Positions 9,552 through 21,975 of a DNA stretch of 64,000 nt are shown here, one piece after another. The stretch spans positions 34,038,001 to 34,102,000 of the forward strand of contig OZ024750.1 of assembly GCA_964016885.1 (NCBI GenBank), read 5' to 3'. The position numbers and the translations under genes were made by a program. A model generated the notes under the pieces. That model ran no database searches and had not been told where the DNA came from. It was given only the letters and a program-made list of their open reading frames with translations. This DNA comes from Eledone cirrhosa (lineage: Eukaryota). Positions within the stretch are counted from its first letter, which is position 1; each line of letters begins with the position of its first letter.

Positions 9552-11508
9552 ATCATCATCATCATCATCATCAACGTTTAACGTCCGTGTTCCACGCTTG
9601 CATGGGTTTGGACGGGGGTAGTCCCACTTGAGGCAAGAGTGATTGTCTTGCTCGTATAGGACTGTCTGGCAGGTTTTCTACAGTTGGTTGCCCTTCCTAA
9701 CACCAACCACATTTACAGTGTGGGTCTGGGAGGTTTTTACCGTGTTGCCTACACGGCCACATTACAGCGTGGACTGTGTGTTTTTTTGTCGTGACACCTA
9801 CACGATCTCATTTGTTTCGGCCTGGATGGTGTGGCACCAACACAACTTTACATAGAACGGGGTGGTGTGGATGGGGTGGGGGTGGTGGGACGGGGGGGGG
9901 GTTATTTTGTTAGAGATGCCTACTGGCTGTAGTAGGTTTTACTATGTATTTAGGTAAGGCGGATCTTCTCTGTTACTGAGTACCGCCAAAGGTCTCGGTC
10001 CAGTGACATTGTCTTGGAGAGGTGTAAGTGTGTGAGGTCGGAGTTTATCAGCTCGTCCCACGTTTTTCTAGGTCTGCCTATTCCGTGGCTACCGTCTATC
10101 TTTATTGCCCTGCACTTTGTTATACAGCTATCGACTTTCATGCGCATCACGTGTCCATACCAACGTAGCCTTCTCTCGAGTAAACAACATCTGATCCCTC
10201 TTATTTCTAATTTTTTCCTTAGTTCGTTTATGCTTTGCCGTTCACGTATATTACTGTTACACATCCAGCAGAGCATGCAAGCGTCATTCCTCTCTAGTCT
10301 GCGTATATCCTCTGCACACAATGCCCAGGTCTCACTGCCATGCAACATTGCTGTTCGTATGCAGGCATCGTACAACCTGCCTTTCATTTTTAGGGAGAAC
10401 CCTTTAGCAGCTAATAGTGGTATAAGCTCTCTGAACTTTTTCCAACCAGTTCTGACTCTAGCTACTGTACTTTCAGAGCACCCTCCCCCACTGGTGATTT
10501 TATCACCCAGGTAACGGAAACTGTCCACTATTTCTATAGAACCCTCTGCGCAATTGAAAGAGCTAGTATTTTGTGGGCACTTGCTGCTACTTATTGCACC
10601 AGAGCACCGGCCACATGTAAAATCTATGTTCTTAGTTAGCTTACCTGTGATCCCACTACATCTTTTATGCACCCATACTTTGCATTTAGGACATAAAATT
10701 GAGTTTCTACCTACGCCTTTCCTACACACCGAGCACGACCATTTCCCAGAAGGAACCGCTGCCTTATTTTCTTTCCTACAAACTAGAACTTTAGTCTTAG
10801 CCAGGTTAATTTTAAGGCCTTTTGATTCTAGGCCGTGCTTCCATGTTTGGAATTTCTTCTCTAGCTCGGCCATTGATTCCGCTATGAGTGTCAGGTCGTC
10901 TGCGTATAGGAGTTCCCATGGGCAGCCGGTCTTGAACTCCTCTGTTATAGCCTGAAGGGCAATAATAAATAGTAGGGGGCTGAGAACAGAGCCCTGATGG
11001 ACGCCAACTTTTACGCTAAACTCTTCACTATATTCGTTGTTAATTCTAACCTTGCTGACTGTTTCTTTATACATGGCTTGTATAGCTCTCACAAGCCATT
11101 CGTCAACGCCTAGTTTTCTAAGAGCCCACCAGATAATGGAGCGGGGGACTCTGTCGAAGGCTTTCTCCAAGTCGACAAAAGCTAAGTAGAGGGGTTTACC
11201 TTTAGCTAGGTACTTCTCCTGTAGTTGTCGTACAATGAAAAGAGCGTCTGTGGTACTTTTACCTGACACAAACCCGAACTGCATTTCATCTAGGTCAATT
11301 CTCTCTCTGATTAGTTGTGCTATTACTTTTTCCGTGACTTTCATGACCTGGTCGATTAATTTAATGCCTCTATAGTTACTCCTATCTAGGGCGTCTCCTT
11401 TACCCTTATAACAGTTAACGATGATGCTGCTATGCCAGTCCTTCGGAACAACCCCATTCTGTACGACTTGGTTAACTATGCGGGTGACCATGGTGTGTCC
11501 CACCGTGC
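9552..11508 (-). mobile_element. Young 5'-truncated RTE LINE
   Basis: Uninterrupted RT to C-terminus frame, ~400-bp 3'UTR, (GAT)n tail at 9552-9572, 5' end abuts (TA)n. Confidence 0.96.
9950..11508 (-). pseudogene. RTE ORF C-terminal ~520 aa (RT + PHD-like finger), lacking endonuclease and a real start
   Basis: NYRGIKL, QFGF, DLEKAFD, QGSVLSP, YADD, CxxC..CxxC..WVHxxC..CxxC, RWYGHV; the listed start is in the flanking TA-rich DNA. Confidence 0.9.
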
Positions 11509-11550
11509 CATATATATATATATATAATTCCAATTTTAAAGATACATGTG

Positions 11551-11608
<58 letters not shown>

Positions 11609-11753
11609 ATATGAAACAGGACTGTAAGGAAAATAAGAACTTTCTCATCTTAAAGTATGTACTTTTCTCTAAATATGTGCTTTATATATTTGTACAAAAT
11701 GCTATGTTTCTCAAATGATATATGGCTCTCTCTCTCTCTCTCTCCCTCTCCCC

Positions 11754-11798
<45 letters not shown>

Positions 11799-12329
11799 TA
11801 TACACACATATATCTATTATTTTGAATTATTGATGCTCTGCCAAATATCTATTGAGCTTTGTTACTGAGAAACACAATCATATATATTATATATGTTATC
11901 ATACCTTAAATTAGTATCACATATATATAAGAAAAGGAAGAGATAGTATCACATATTCAGCATTAGTTTATACTATTACATCATCCCATTATGCACATTT
12001 TAAAGGCACCAAAAGGTCATTATTCTACAATTATTCAATGCATTTTCATCAGACAGGAAATTCTAATGTAAATAAAAATGAAGATTGTTTTTGTTTTTGA
12101 CATGCCTACCATTGAAGAGGTGTTTACATCTCAATGTTAAGCAACCATTTGTCTTATGGCTTCTAGTATTGGCAGGGAATGGGAGAGGGTGTTAAGTTAC
12201 AAGGATAGTAGCAGTAGGTGGTGGTGGTGGAAGTAGGTCAGTGCACTAAGAGGAGTCACTCTATTCAATCTATGGTCAATTGTCCGGGTTCCATAGATAG
12301 ATGTGTGTATATTTTTAAACAATAAACAC

Positions 12330-12538
12330 ATGCCTGAACATGCACATACACATATATACATACATACACACACACACACACATACCCACACACATACCCA
12401 CACACACACACACATACACACACACACATACACACACACACATACACACACACATGCACACACACACACACACGCACACATACACACACACACACACATA
12501 TATATACACACATACACGCCCATACACACACATACACA

Positions 12539-12570
<32 letters not shown>

Positions 12571-12581
12571 TACCCACACAT

Positions 12582-12612
<31 letters not shown>

Positions 12613-12848
12613 TATACACACACATACACATACATATACACACACATATACACACACATATACACACACATATACACACACATATATACACACATATATA
12701 CACACATATGCACACATACATACATACACACATACATGTGTGTGTGTGTGTATATGTGTGTATGTATGTATGTATGTATATATGTATGTATATATGTGTG
12801 TGTGTGTATATATCTGCGTGCATGTGTGTATATATGTTTGTGTGTGCA

Positions 12849-12879
<31 letters not shown>

Positions 12880-12888
12880 CATCATCAT

Positions 12889-12935
<47 letters not shown>
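12330..12935. repeat. Compound (CA)n / (TG)n / (TA)n microsatellite
   Basis: CA-rich to ~12735, then TG-rich, then TA with a short (CAT)n. Confidence 0.95.
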
Positions 12936-12940
<5 letters not shown>

Positions 12941-13414
12941 TCAGATATTTGTATACCCATTTGTATATGTAGTAATCTTATGAGTGTACTAATAAACTAT
13001 GTTGTATGAGGGAAGCTCTAAACAACTCCAACTATATTACTTGCTATTCTTAATGTTTTGCATACTAATAACAAATGTCTCATTGACAGCTGTTTCTGTT
13101 TCTTTACTTTCCTTTCTCTAGCTTTCTACAGCTTTCTTCGGAGTGACAAACCACATAAAAATAAACCATTTAATCCACTCCAGTGTCATTGATAAAAAAA
13201 TATGTAATGATAAAACGTGTAAAAATGGTTGGCAGAAAATAATATCTCAGAATACTGAGTTCTTTTTCTTTTTTCATTTATAATACAGCGTTCTTCTAAA
13301 AATCTACCTGAATTTCAAGGTTATGCATTATTCATAAGTATGGCTCTGTTCTTCTAATCTGGATATCCAGTTTAGAATAATTGTACCATCTCCCTGTATG
13401 CTGTTGGAAGTGAT

Positions 13415-13592
13415 TTAAACTGACTGTATCTGGCCAGAATAAATGACTGGCTTATACTTATGTTAAGGTATTGTTCTCAAAATAAATATCAAGATCGTAG
13501 GTTTGATATTATGTGAGATAATTATGTGAGGTAAAGTGTTTACCATGGAAATACAATAGTAAATATAGAGTAATATAAATGGTAAAGGGTTA
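13415..13592. mobile_element. Partial piggyBac-like MITE
   Basis: Ends taaatggtaaagggTTAA; body is the reverse complement of 37336-37554. Confidence 0.7.
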
Positions 13593-13654
13593 AAAAAAAA
13601 CGGTTGATTTTTAGAATGGGTACATCATGTCTCTTGTATGTCGTTAGAAGCAAC

Positions 13655-13760
13655 TGTGTTGGTGTCAGGAAGGGCATCCAGCTGTAAAACATTGCCTCAA
13701 AAAACCCTGTCCAACCCATGCCAGAATGGAAAAGTCAACATAAAAACAAAAACAATGTTG
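13655..13760 (+). mobile_element. RTE 3'UTR/tail fragment (followed by (ACT)n at ~13784-13850)
   Basis: gttggtgtcaggaagggcatccagctgta...tccaacccatgccagaatgg matches the LINE 3' ends. Confidence 0.75.
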
Positions 13761-13783
13761 GACAACCAATGCTTCAAAATGCT

Positions 13784-13849
<66 letters not shown>

Positions 13850-14214
13850 CATGGTAGTGATGTAGTTTGCTACTAATGCTATCAGATGCTGATGGATTTA
13901 AGAATTTATTATTGGCTGGCCTAAGATTTAAAACCTGAAGATTTGTTTTGTTTTAAATCTATAGTTTGATTTGGTTATCACAATGAAACAGGTCAAGCAA
14001 TGATGTATAAATTTCTTTATGGTTTCACTAACCAATATTTTTTATCTGGAGAATATCCTAACTCCATATTTTAAACATATCTCATACTTGAATTATCACC
14101 TCTCTCATATATTAGTTTTACACTGTTGCTGTCACTAGATTTTTGTCTGACTCACATTTCAGCTATCTTGTCTTCTTTTCTCACAAACTGTATTCAATAC
14201 AATCATATATATAT

Positions 14215-14251
<37 letters not shown>

Positions 14252-14363
14252 AATGGCTTCTACAGGACTAGAACTGTTTCATGTGAAGAAAATCATTAGG
14301 AAATCCTGACGATTTCCTTCGAATGAAACGGCTCTAAACGGCTCTAGTCCTGTAGAAGCCATT
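14252..14363. repeat. Inverted repeat made of two divergent hammerhead-like cores
   Basis: aatggcttctacaggactag...ctagtcctgtagaagccatt; plus strand CTGACGA-tttccttcgaat-GAAAC, minus strand CTAATGA-ttttcttcacat-GAAAC; centre ~14302. Confidence 0.7.
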
Positions 14364-15906
14364 AGATTAAGGAAACTATACAGGCATTAAGTTAGTTGAC
14401 CAGGTCATGGAGGTCACAGAAAGGGTTATTGCACAACTAATCAGACCGAATTGATCTAGATGAAATGCAGTTTGGGTTTTTGCCAGGCAAAAATACCACA
14501 GATGCTCTTTTCCTTATACAGCAACTACAGGAGAAGTACCTCTACTTTTGTTGACTAGGAGAAAGCCTTTGACAGAGACCCCTGCTCCTTAATCTGGTGG
14601 GCTCTTAGAAAACTAGGAGTAGATGAGTGGCTTGTGAGAGCTATAAAAGCCATGTATAGAGGAACAGTCAGCAAGGTTACAATTAACAATGAATATAGTG
14701 AAGAATTTAGCGTAATAGTAGGTGTTCACCAAGGCTCTGTTCTTAACTCCATCCTGTTTATTATTGTCCTACAGGTTATAACAGAAGAGTTTAAGACCGA
14801 CTGCCCACAGGAACTTCAATATGCAGATGATCTAACTCTCATAGCTGAATCTATGGCTGAACTAGAGAAGAAATTCCAAACATGGAAGCATGGCCTAGAA
14901 TCAAAAGGCCCTTAAGGTTAACTTGTCTAAGGCTAAAGTTCTAGTGTGTAGAAAGGAGACTAGGGCACAGGTGCCCTCTGGGAAATGACCATGCTCAGTG
15001 TGTAAGAAAGGAGTAGGCAGAAACTCCATTCAATGCTGCAAATGCAAACTATGGGTACATAAAAGATGTAGTGGGATCACAGGTAAGCTATCTAAGAATG
15101 TAGATTTTATATGTGGCCGATGCTCAGGTGCAGTAAGTAGCAAGGGCCCACTGGATGATATCTCCTTCAACTGCCCAGATGGTTCTATACAAATAGACAC
15201 TTTCTGTTACCTGGGTAATAAAATCAGCAGTGGAGGAGGGTGCTCTGAAAGTGTAGTAGCCAGAGTTAGAGTGGGATGGAAAAAGTTCAGAGAGCTCATA
15301 CCGCTGTTGGCCACAAAGGGTTTTTCTCTAAAAATGAAAGGCAGATTATATGATGCATGTATATGAACAGCGATATTACATGGTAGTGAGACCTGGGCCT
15401 TGTGTGTAGGGATGCATATGAAGGACAATAGCTGTATAAAAAAGTGCAGAGCGATCAAAATTGATGGAAGCTACGGAGTGGGTAAACCAAGAAAAACCTG
15501 GGACAAGGTGATAAAAACTGACCTTCCTCACTTACACCTCTCTAAGATAATGTCCCCGGATCGAGACCTTTGGCGCTATGCATTTATACAGAAGACTCGC
15601 CTTCCCTTGCATACAAACTTAAAGCTACAGTCAGTAGGCATCTCTTAACCCAATATACACCCCACACACCTACTCCGTCTTCCCCGTTCCGTCCACTGTA
15701 AAGTGGTTGTGTTGGAGACAGGGTAAAAAGGCTCCCAGTCCACACTGTAAATATGGTTGGTGTTAGGAAGGACATCCAGCCGTAGAAAACCTGCTGGATA
15801 CAGTCCTATACAAGCGAGACACGGTCTCCCGACCAATCTCGTCTCAAGTGGGACAAAACCGTCCAACCCATGCTAGCATGGAAGATGGATGTTAGACGAT
15901 GATGAT
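14364..15906 (+). mobile_element. Decayed 5'-truncated RTE LINE with internal deletion
   Basis: ORF pieces 14634-14915 (YADD), 14998-15366 (Cys finger), 15400-15648; 3'UTR and (GAT)n tail. Confidence 0.94.
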
Positions 15907-16119
15907 ATATTAATATAAAACAGTAGCATGAACTTATGTCAGGTACAACATCTAAATAGAGGCTTATTCGTTAATTTCTTCTCTAGGTAGCCATACCTGT
16001 GTACTGTAGAGATTCTAGAATCTACCATTAATGGAATATTACAAGTATCTGTCCTTTCACTTTTTACTCCATAACATTGTCTTTTTACCCTATACCTTGT
16101 TGACAATCTACCCCTTATC

Positions 16120-16255
16120 TTTATGACTTTCAACCCTATGACTTTATGACTTTCAACTCTATGACTTTGACTTTCAGCCCTATGACTTTGACTTTCAGCC
16201 CTATGACTTTGATATTCAACCCTATGACTTTATGACTTTTAACCCTATGACTTTC
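16120..16255. repeat. Short minisatellite (atgacttt / caaccct units)
   Basis: Directly visible; a piggyBac-like MITE end follows (taaatgctaaagggTTAA to 16314). Confidence 0.8.
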
Positions 16256-17184
16256 TACAGAAAGAGGTGAGAGAATTCTGGTGGGATATGGCCAGATTAA
16301 ATGCTAAAGGGTTAATGTATATTCTGTTGTTGAACCCACTACATATTTACCCTTGGTTAACAGGGTCATACTATGTAGAGGTACATGATACAGTGTACCT
16401 AATATATCAGTAGAATGTACTCTGTTGTTTAACCCGCTACATATGTACCCTTGGTTAATGTAGTCCTACTATGTAGACATAGTCTATCATTAGAATATAT
16501 TCTGTTGCTCAACCCACAACATATGTACCATGATTTACCAGATTACATCTGACCTGAGATGACACAACTGCTGCCTTTTCACTATATTTTATATTTGAAG
16601 CCAATTTTCTCATAATTTAGTTTATTTTTGAAAACTCTTAAAACAAGGTGTTGAAATCTTATAAAACTACAATTTTTCTCTATTCACTTTCCATTGACTG
16701 TTTCAACTTCATCTTTATGGCTCTAGTTTATTTCTTAAGCAATATTTTACAGCAGCCATTGTTATATCTGTTTAATAATATCTCAGTTTTTTTTTTTTAC
16801 TTTCTTCTTCAATATATTTATTACAGTGTTCCTTTAATAATAATATCTTTAAATTCTCACACATAAATCAATATATATATTATTTAATATTTAATGTTCT
16901 TATATAACTCTATAAGACAGTAGAATGTGAAACAAGGACCACAATGGATTAACTGTGAACATATTGTGAATGTTTATCAAACCGTTTCTTATATTAAAGT
17001 AATATCTTTAAGAAGTCTTGTTCAAACATAAGAGAATTATTGTCAGATTTCATTAATATATTTCAGCTTCTTGGTGTGTGTGTGTGTGTGTGTGTTTAAT
17101 GCATTTGAGATTTTATCTCTTTATTATGTGAGTTTTTTTTTTCTTTAAAAATCCAATATAGAATGTTGATATCTTTACCATTTA

Positions 17185-17570
17185 ACAATTTCCTCTCACT
17201 TTTCCATGTTGGTATGGGTTAGACAGGTTGTTGTGGACCAAGTCATTACATGGTATAGGTTAGACAGGTTGTTGTGGACCAAGTCATTATGTAGTATGGG
17301 TTAGACAGGTTGTTGTAGAGCAAGCCATTACATAATTAGAGCTCCTGCTTTCCTAGACAGGCTTACATATGCTCCAATTTAGTATAGTTACTGCAGCTGG
17401 ATAAATTTTGATAAAGCCACTCACTTTACAGAGTGTACTGGGTGCATTTTATCATAGTGTCAGCTTTACAGAGTTCCCATGCCTTTGATGCGAATGAAGA
17501 GTCGTCTCAACCCCATTTTTTAGCATTGTTCCTTATAGCTGGGTACCTTTTCTAATGCCTACTGTTTTAC
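17185..17570 (-). mobile_element. Old RTE 3'UTR-related repeat with a 41-bp x3 tandem
   Basis: ttccatgttggtatgggttagac terminus; agacaggttgttgt at 17221, 17262 and 17303; cactttacagagtgtactgggtgc motif. Confidence 0.6.
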
Positions 17571-18432
17571 AATATGTACCAGAATTTTAATTTTCACCTT
17601 GTTTTACTCACTCGCTGTCTCTTTTACACACACATGCACACATGCACACACACACTTACTCACTCACACACTCACACACACACTCACTCAGACATCACTC
17701 ACTCACTCACGCACGCACGCACGCACTCACTCACTCACTCACTCACTCACTCACTCACTCACTCCAATTAAAGGGATTAATTTCTTTCTTTCATTAGTAT
17801 TTCTGTAAAGTTGAAATGATGTCTGTGGCCCCCTCTCATGGTGGGGGTGGGGTGGTTGTGTCTGTGGATCCCAAACCCTTGTCCAATTGAAGTTGAAATA
17901 CAGGTAAATAAATCTGTCTTGTAAGGAACTACTGGTCTATTGTCACTTATTTGACATTGTATGTAGTTGATATTTACTGATTTAGTCAACTTTGCATTTT
18001 ATACTTTTGAGGTTGATAAAACAAAGTACCAGTCTAATACTGGGGTTGATTCTTCCTCTGTATCATTTTCTCACTTCCTCTCTCTTACTTTCTATCTCTT
18101 TCTCACTTCCATTCTCTCTCCTTCTCTGGAAGAAATCTGCTATAGTCCAACCTTGTCAAACCTGGAGAGGAGTGCAGCCAGATTTAAAACTGCCCTAAGT
18201 CACTACAGTGCCCCTATGACTCCATCAGGAGTTAAGGGACCATACATACATTTATTAGTTCAATCGTTTGGACTCACCCTACAGTCTCAATTAGATGAAT
18301 GTAAAGTACTTATTAATCCATTTTTATCAATTCCAACAATTCATTACAGAAAAAAATATTCTTCATTTTTCTCTGACAATCTTTCACTTGTAAACAATTT
18401 TAAATTGACAAATTTTTAGCTTCAAAACAATT

Positions 18433-18484
<52 letters not shown>

Positions 18485-19069
18485 TATTTTCATAACTCTT
18501 TTTTATTCCATTCAAATATTGCAAAAATATATTCATTTGCCCTTTTAATCATACTTACTGCTAAATTTTTTATTTATCTACACGCACACACACACACATG
18601 CATGCGCACATGCACACACACATGCACACATGCACACACACCATACACACACAAATACACACACACACACATACACACACACATACACACACATACACAC
18701 ATACATACATACATATACATATTATATATATTATATGTATATTACTCAGTACAAGAAACAAGGACTGTTTTAGTGTAAATGTTTTTTATTGGATTTCAAC
18801 AGTTGTCTCTTCACTTCTCACGTGTCTATTTCTTTATATTATAGTTTCTAATCAGGAAAGTATCTTGAAGAAATCAATTACTATCTCTTTTGACAAGTCA
18901 TTCATACAAGAAGCTTCTTAAAGCAAACTAAAATAGACATGACCAGTTTAATAAATCAAAATGTACTGAAGAGATTCTTCATTCTTTTTTTAATTTTTTT
19001 TATAAGAAGCTATTTCCTTTATGTTAGAATATGGAAGGAATGTGTCACAGTAGTAATATTTTCTCTTTT

Positions 19070-19655
19070 GGGAAAGTCATGAATGTTGGGTAATGAGTGA
19101 TAGAATACGATCGGAAATACAGCCGAAATGGGGTTCCTCCGAAGGGCATTTAGAATAACGTTACTCGATAGAGTGAATAGTTCGGAGATCAGAGATTCCA
19201 GGTAGAGCCGCTACTTCTCTGAATTGATATCTCTGTCTCTCTCTCTCTCTACAGATACATACACAAAAGTAGTTCCTCTGAAGGGTCTTTGGAGTAAGGT
19301 TACTCGATAGAGTGTGTGTAGCTCGGAGATGAGAGAGTCACTCCAGGTAGAGCTGCTACTTCTCCAAATTGAGTGATCACAGCTCCGATACCATGGGTAT
19401 GTGGTTAGAATATCTCAGGAAAGAATCGCTGGATAGATTTTATAGGCAAAACCAACCGGCAGGAGACCCAGGGGTAGACCCCAAGTGAGATGGTTGGATA
19501 ACATCTATGAGCTTGGCTGGTCTCACTTGGGGATCCAGCCGAATCGGTTGGGGACGGTTGCTTCTGACAGGACCCGCTGGAAGGAGTGTTTGAGAACCCC
19601 CCACCACCACACACACACATGCACGACACTCTCAGGAATAATGGGTAAAGAAGGG
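19070..19655 (+). mobile_element. RTE (Rex3/Expander-like) LINE 3' fragment
   Basis: Decayed translation WVMSDRIRSEI..EMGFLRR..LDRV.SSE.RESLQVELLLLQIE*SQLRYHG; short internal duplication. Confidence 0.8.
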
Positions 19656-19699
19656 AAATTCATAATTATTACTTTTTTTTTCTTTTTCATCTCATGACT

Positions 19700-20850
19700 T
19701 CACATTTATATATTAAGATTCTCTGATCTGTCTTGTAAACAAGATATAATCTATATTTACTATATATCTAATAGCCTTTTTACATCAGCATATAATTTTT
19801 AGATATTAAAAAAAAAATCTGTTTAGCTTTTTATATGATAAATCATATTGGGTATTTTCTTTTTCTTTTTTAAATCCTATTTTTCTATTGGAAATTGTTC
19901 AGCCAAACTCTAATTACTTTGTACAATAAACAAGAAAGGCTGTTAAAGGAATAAAATAGATCCATGTACATTGTTGTCTTCTGAAATGTTATATATGTGA
20001 TGATCTTTTCATATATTTAGAGTAATCAATATATTCTATGAAGGAACAATAATTTCAAATCAACTAGAGAGACTGAAAGATCTTTCTAGTGAGTTACATA
20101 TCTGATATTCAATATTTTTTCTGCATATTTTTTTATCCTTTTAATAATCAATATTTCACATTTAGTTTTTTGATTTCTTGTTGGTTTCCTCTCTACATCT
20201 TCCCATCTGTTTAAGCTTTTTACATCTTCCCATCTGTTTAAGCTTTTTACATCAGTCAGGCACCTTCTAAATTTAAAAAATTGTACTTGATGTTCTCAAG
20301 AATACTAGATGAGCTTTCTTAATTCGATTCATTTTAATATCAATTATTTTCTGGAAAGCTTCTCAATCAGTATATTTGGTTTTTGATTCTTCATTTCTTT
20401 TTATAGACTTATCCATGTGTTATTATCAACTCATAACTATATTATTGAACGTGTTATAGTAGTACAAGATTTAGAATATGTTTGGAGAGGACGAGAGAAA
20501 CATCTTGTTCCATAATAATTTGTAATTTGTTATTGAACTAAAAACAAACAATTTTATAAGCAAAATTAATTGTTTCCTGTCTTTCAATTCTAATAATCAT
20601 TTAATATATTCCATGTTATTAAATCATTTCTCGATATTTTCAAAGAATCTATACTGTTCAATAATTTCTAAAGAAAAGTCTGTTATTTAGGAAGAATCAG
20701 CTAGAAAGAAATAATTACCAGTTGATTTGTTCTTTTTGAAGTGATTTTGTTAATTATTTCTTCAACTTAATTAGCATCTTCTCAAATTTACAAAACCATT
20801 ATTTCCTACACACTTTTCATTCCAATTCTATCATTTTTGGTATATTTCTT
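19700..20850 (-). mobile_element. Highly decayed LINE RT remnant (may continue at 18250-18990 and 22300-23150)
   Basis: Minus strand shows, in RT order, FKKNKSTG, FLNLEGA (DLEKA-like), GSI..PFLFI and KLYAD, with many stops and frameshifts. Confidence 0.5.
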
Positions 20851-20856
20851 TTTAAT

Positions 20857-21385
20857 AATTGTTTTTACTTTGTGGCACAAGGCCAGCAATTACCCAGTGC
20901 ATTACTGGTACTTTATTTTATCAACCCCCTTAAGGATGAAAGGCAAAGTTAACCTCGGCGGGATTTGAACTCAGAATGGCAAGGGCCGTAACTTTATGCG
21001 TTAAAGCATTGCGTTCGACCCTCTACCGATACTGCCAATCCGATTTCATTTATTGGCCACAAGGACCAACATTTAGGGGACAATACAAAGACAGGGACAG
21101 TGGGGGTAATAATAATAATTGTTTCTACTTTTGGCACAAGGCCAGCAATTATCCCAGTGTATTACTGGTACTTTATTTTATCGACCCCGTAAGGATGAAA
21201 GGCAAAGTTAACCTCGGCGGGATTAATAATAATAATGGTTTCTGATTTAGACACAAGGCCAGCAATATTTTAGGGAGAAGGGAAAAGTCGATTAAATTGA
21301 CCTCAATGCATTACTGGTACTTTATTTTCTTGACCCTGTAAGGATGAAAGGTGAAGCTAACCTTGGCAGGATTTGAACTCAGAAG
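20857..21385 (-). mobile_element. Three adjacent tRNA-derived SINE copies
   Basis: Reverse complements of 40127-40320: B-box gagttcaaatccc, gcctttcatcct..ggggtcgataaaataaagtaccag, (ATT)n tails. Confidence 0.88.
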
Positions 21386-21544
21386 ATAAGGTTCTTTTTT
21401 GGCATGAAGCAATGGATGTGTTGGGAAATGGTAGGAGATGATTAGTGTTATGTAACTGGTACTTGTATTAGCAGCTCTAAACGGAAAAGGGAGCAATAAG
21501 CAGAGATGACCCTGGTTGAGATTGTGTTTGGTATCTAGGTGTGT

Positions 21545-21579
21545 TTCATAATCATAACTTGGTACTTGTTCATCACCAC

Positions 21580-21624
<45 letters not shown>

Positions 21625-21975
21625 AACTTGGTACTTGTTCATCACCATCATCATCATCACCATCACCATCATCATCTTCATCTTCATCTTCATCATCATC
21701 ATCATCATAATAACTTGGTACTTGTTCATCACCATCATCATCATCATCATCACCATCATCATCATCTCTGTTTAATGTCTATCTTCCATGTTAGCATGGG
21801 TTGGATGGATTGTCACGTTATGAGACAAGTCAGGTGACTGTCTTGCACTGTATTTTGGTTTGGTTTCTACAGTTGGATGCCCTTCTTAATGTCAACCACT
21901 TTACAGCATGGACTGGGTACTTTCTCATTGTGGTACCACCAGCACGACCACATTACAGGGTAGACTGGGTGCTTT
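21545..21975 (-). mobile_element. RTE 3' end with expanded (GAT)n tail
   Basis: ttccatgttagcatgggttggatgg and ttctacagttggatgcccttc motifs; (CAT)n 21545-21766 interrupted three times by aacttggtacttgtt. Confidence 0.8.

Noticed and set aside
13110-13190. Polypyrimidine-AG followed by a short open frame (possible host exon)
   Set aside because: No recognisable homology, donor site or partner exons.
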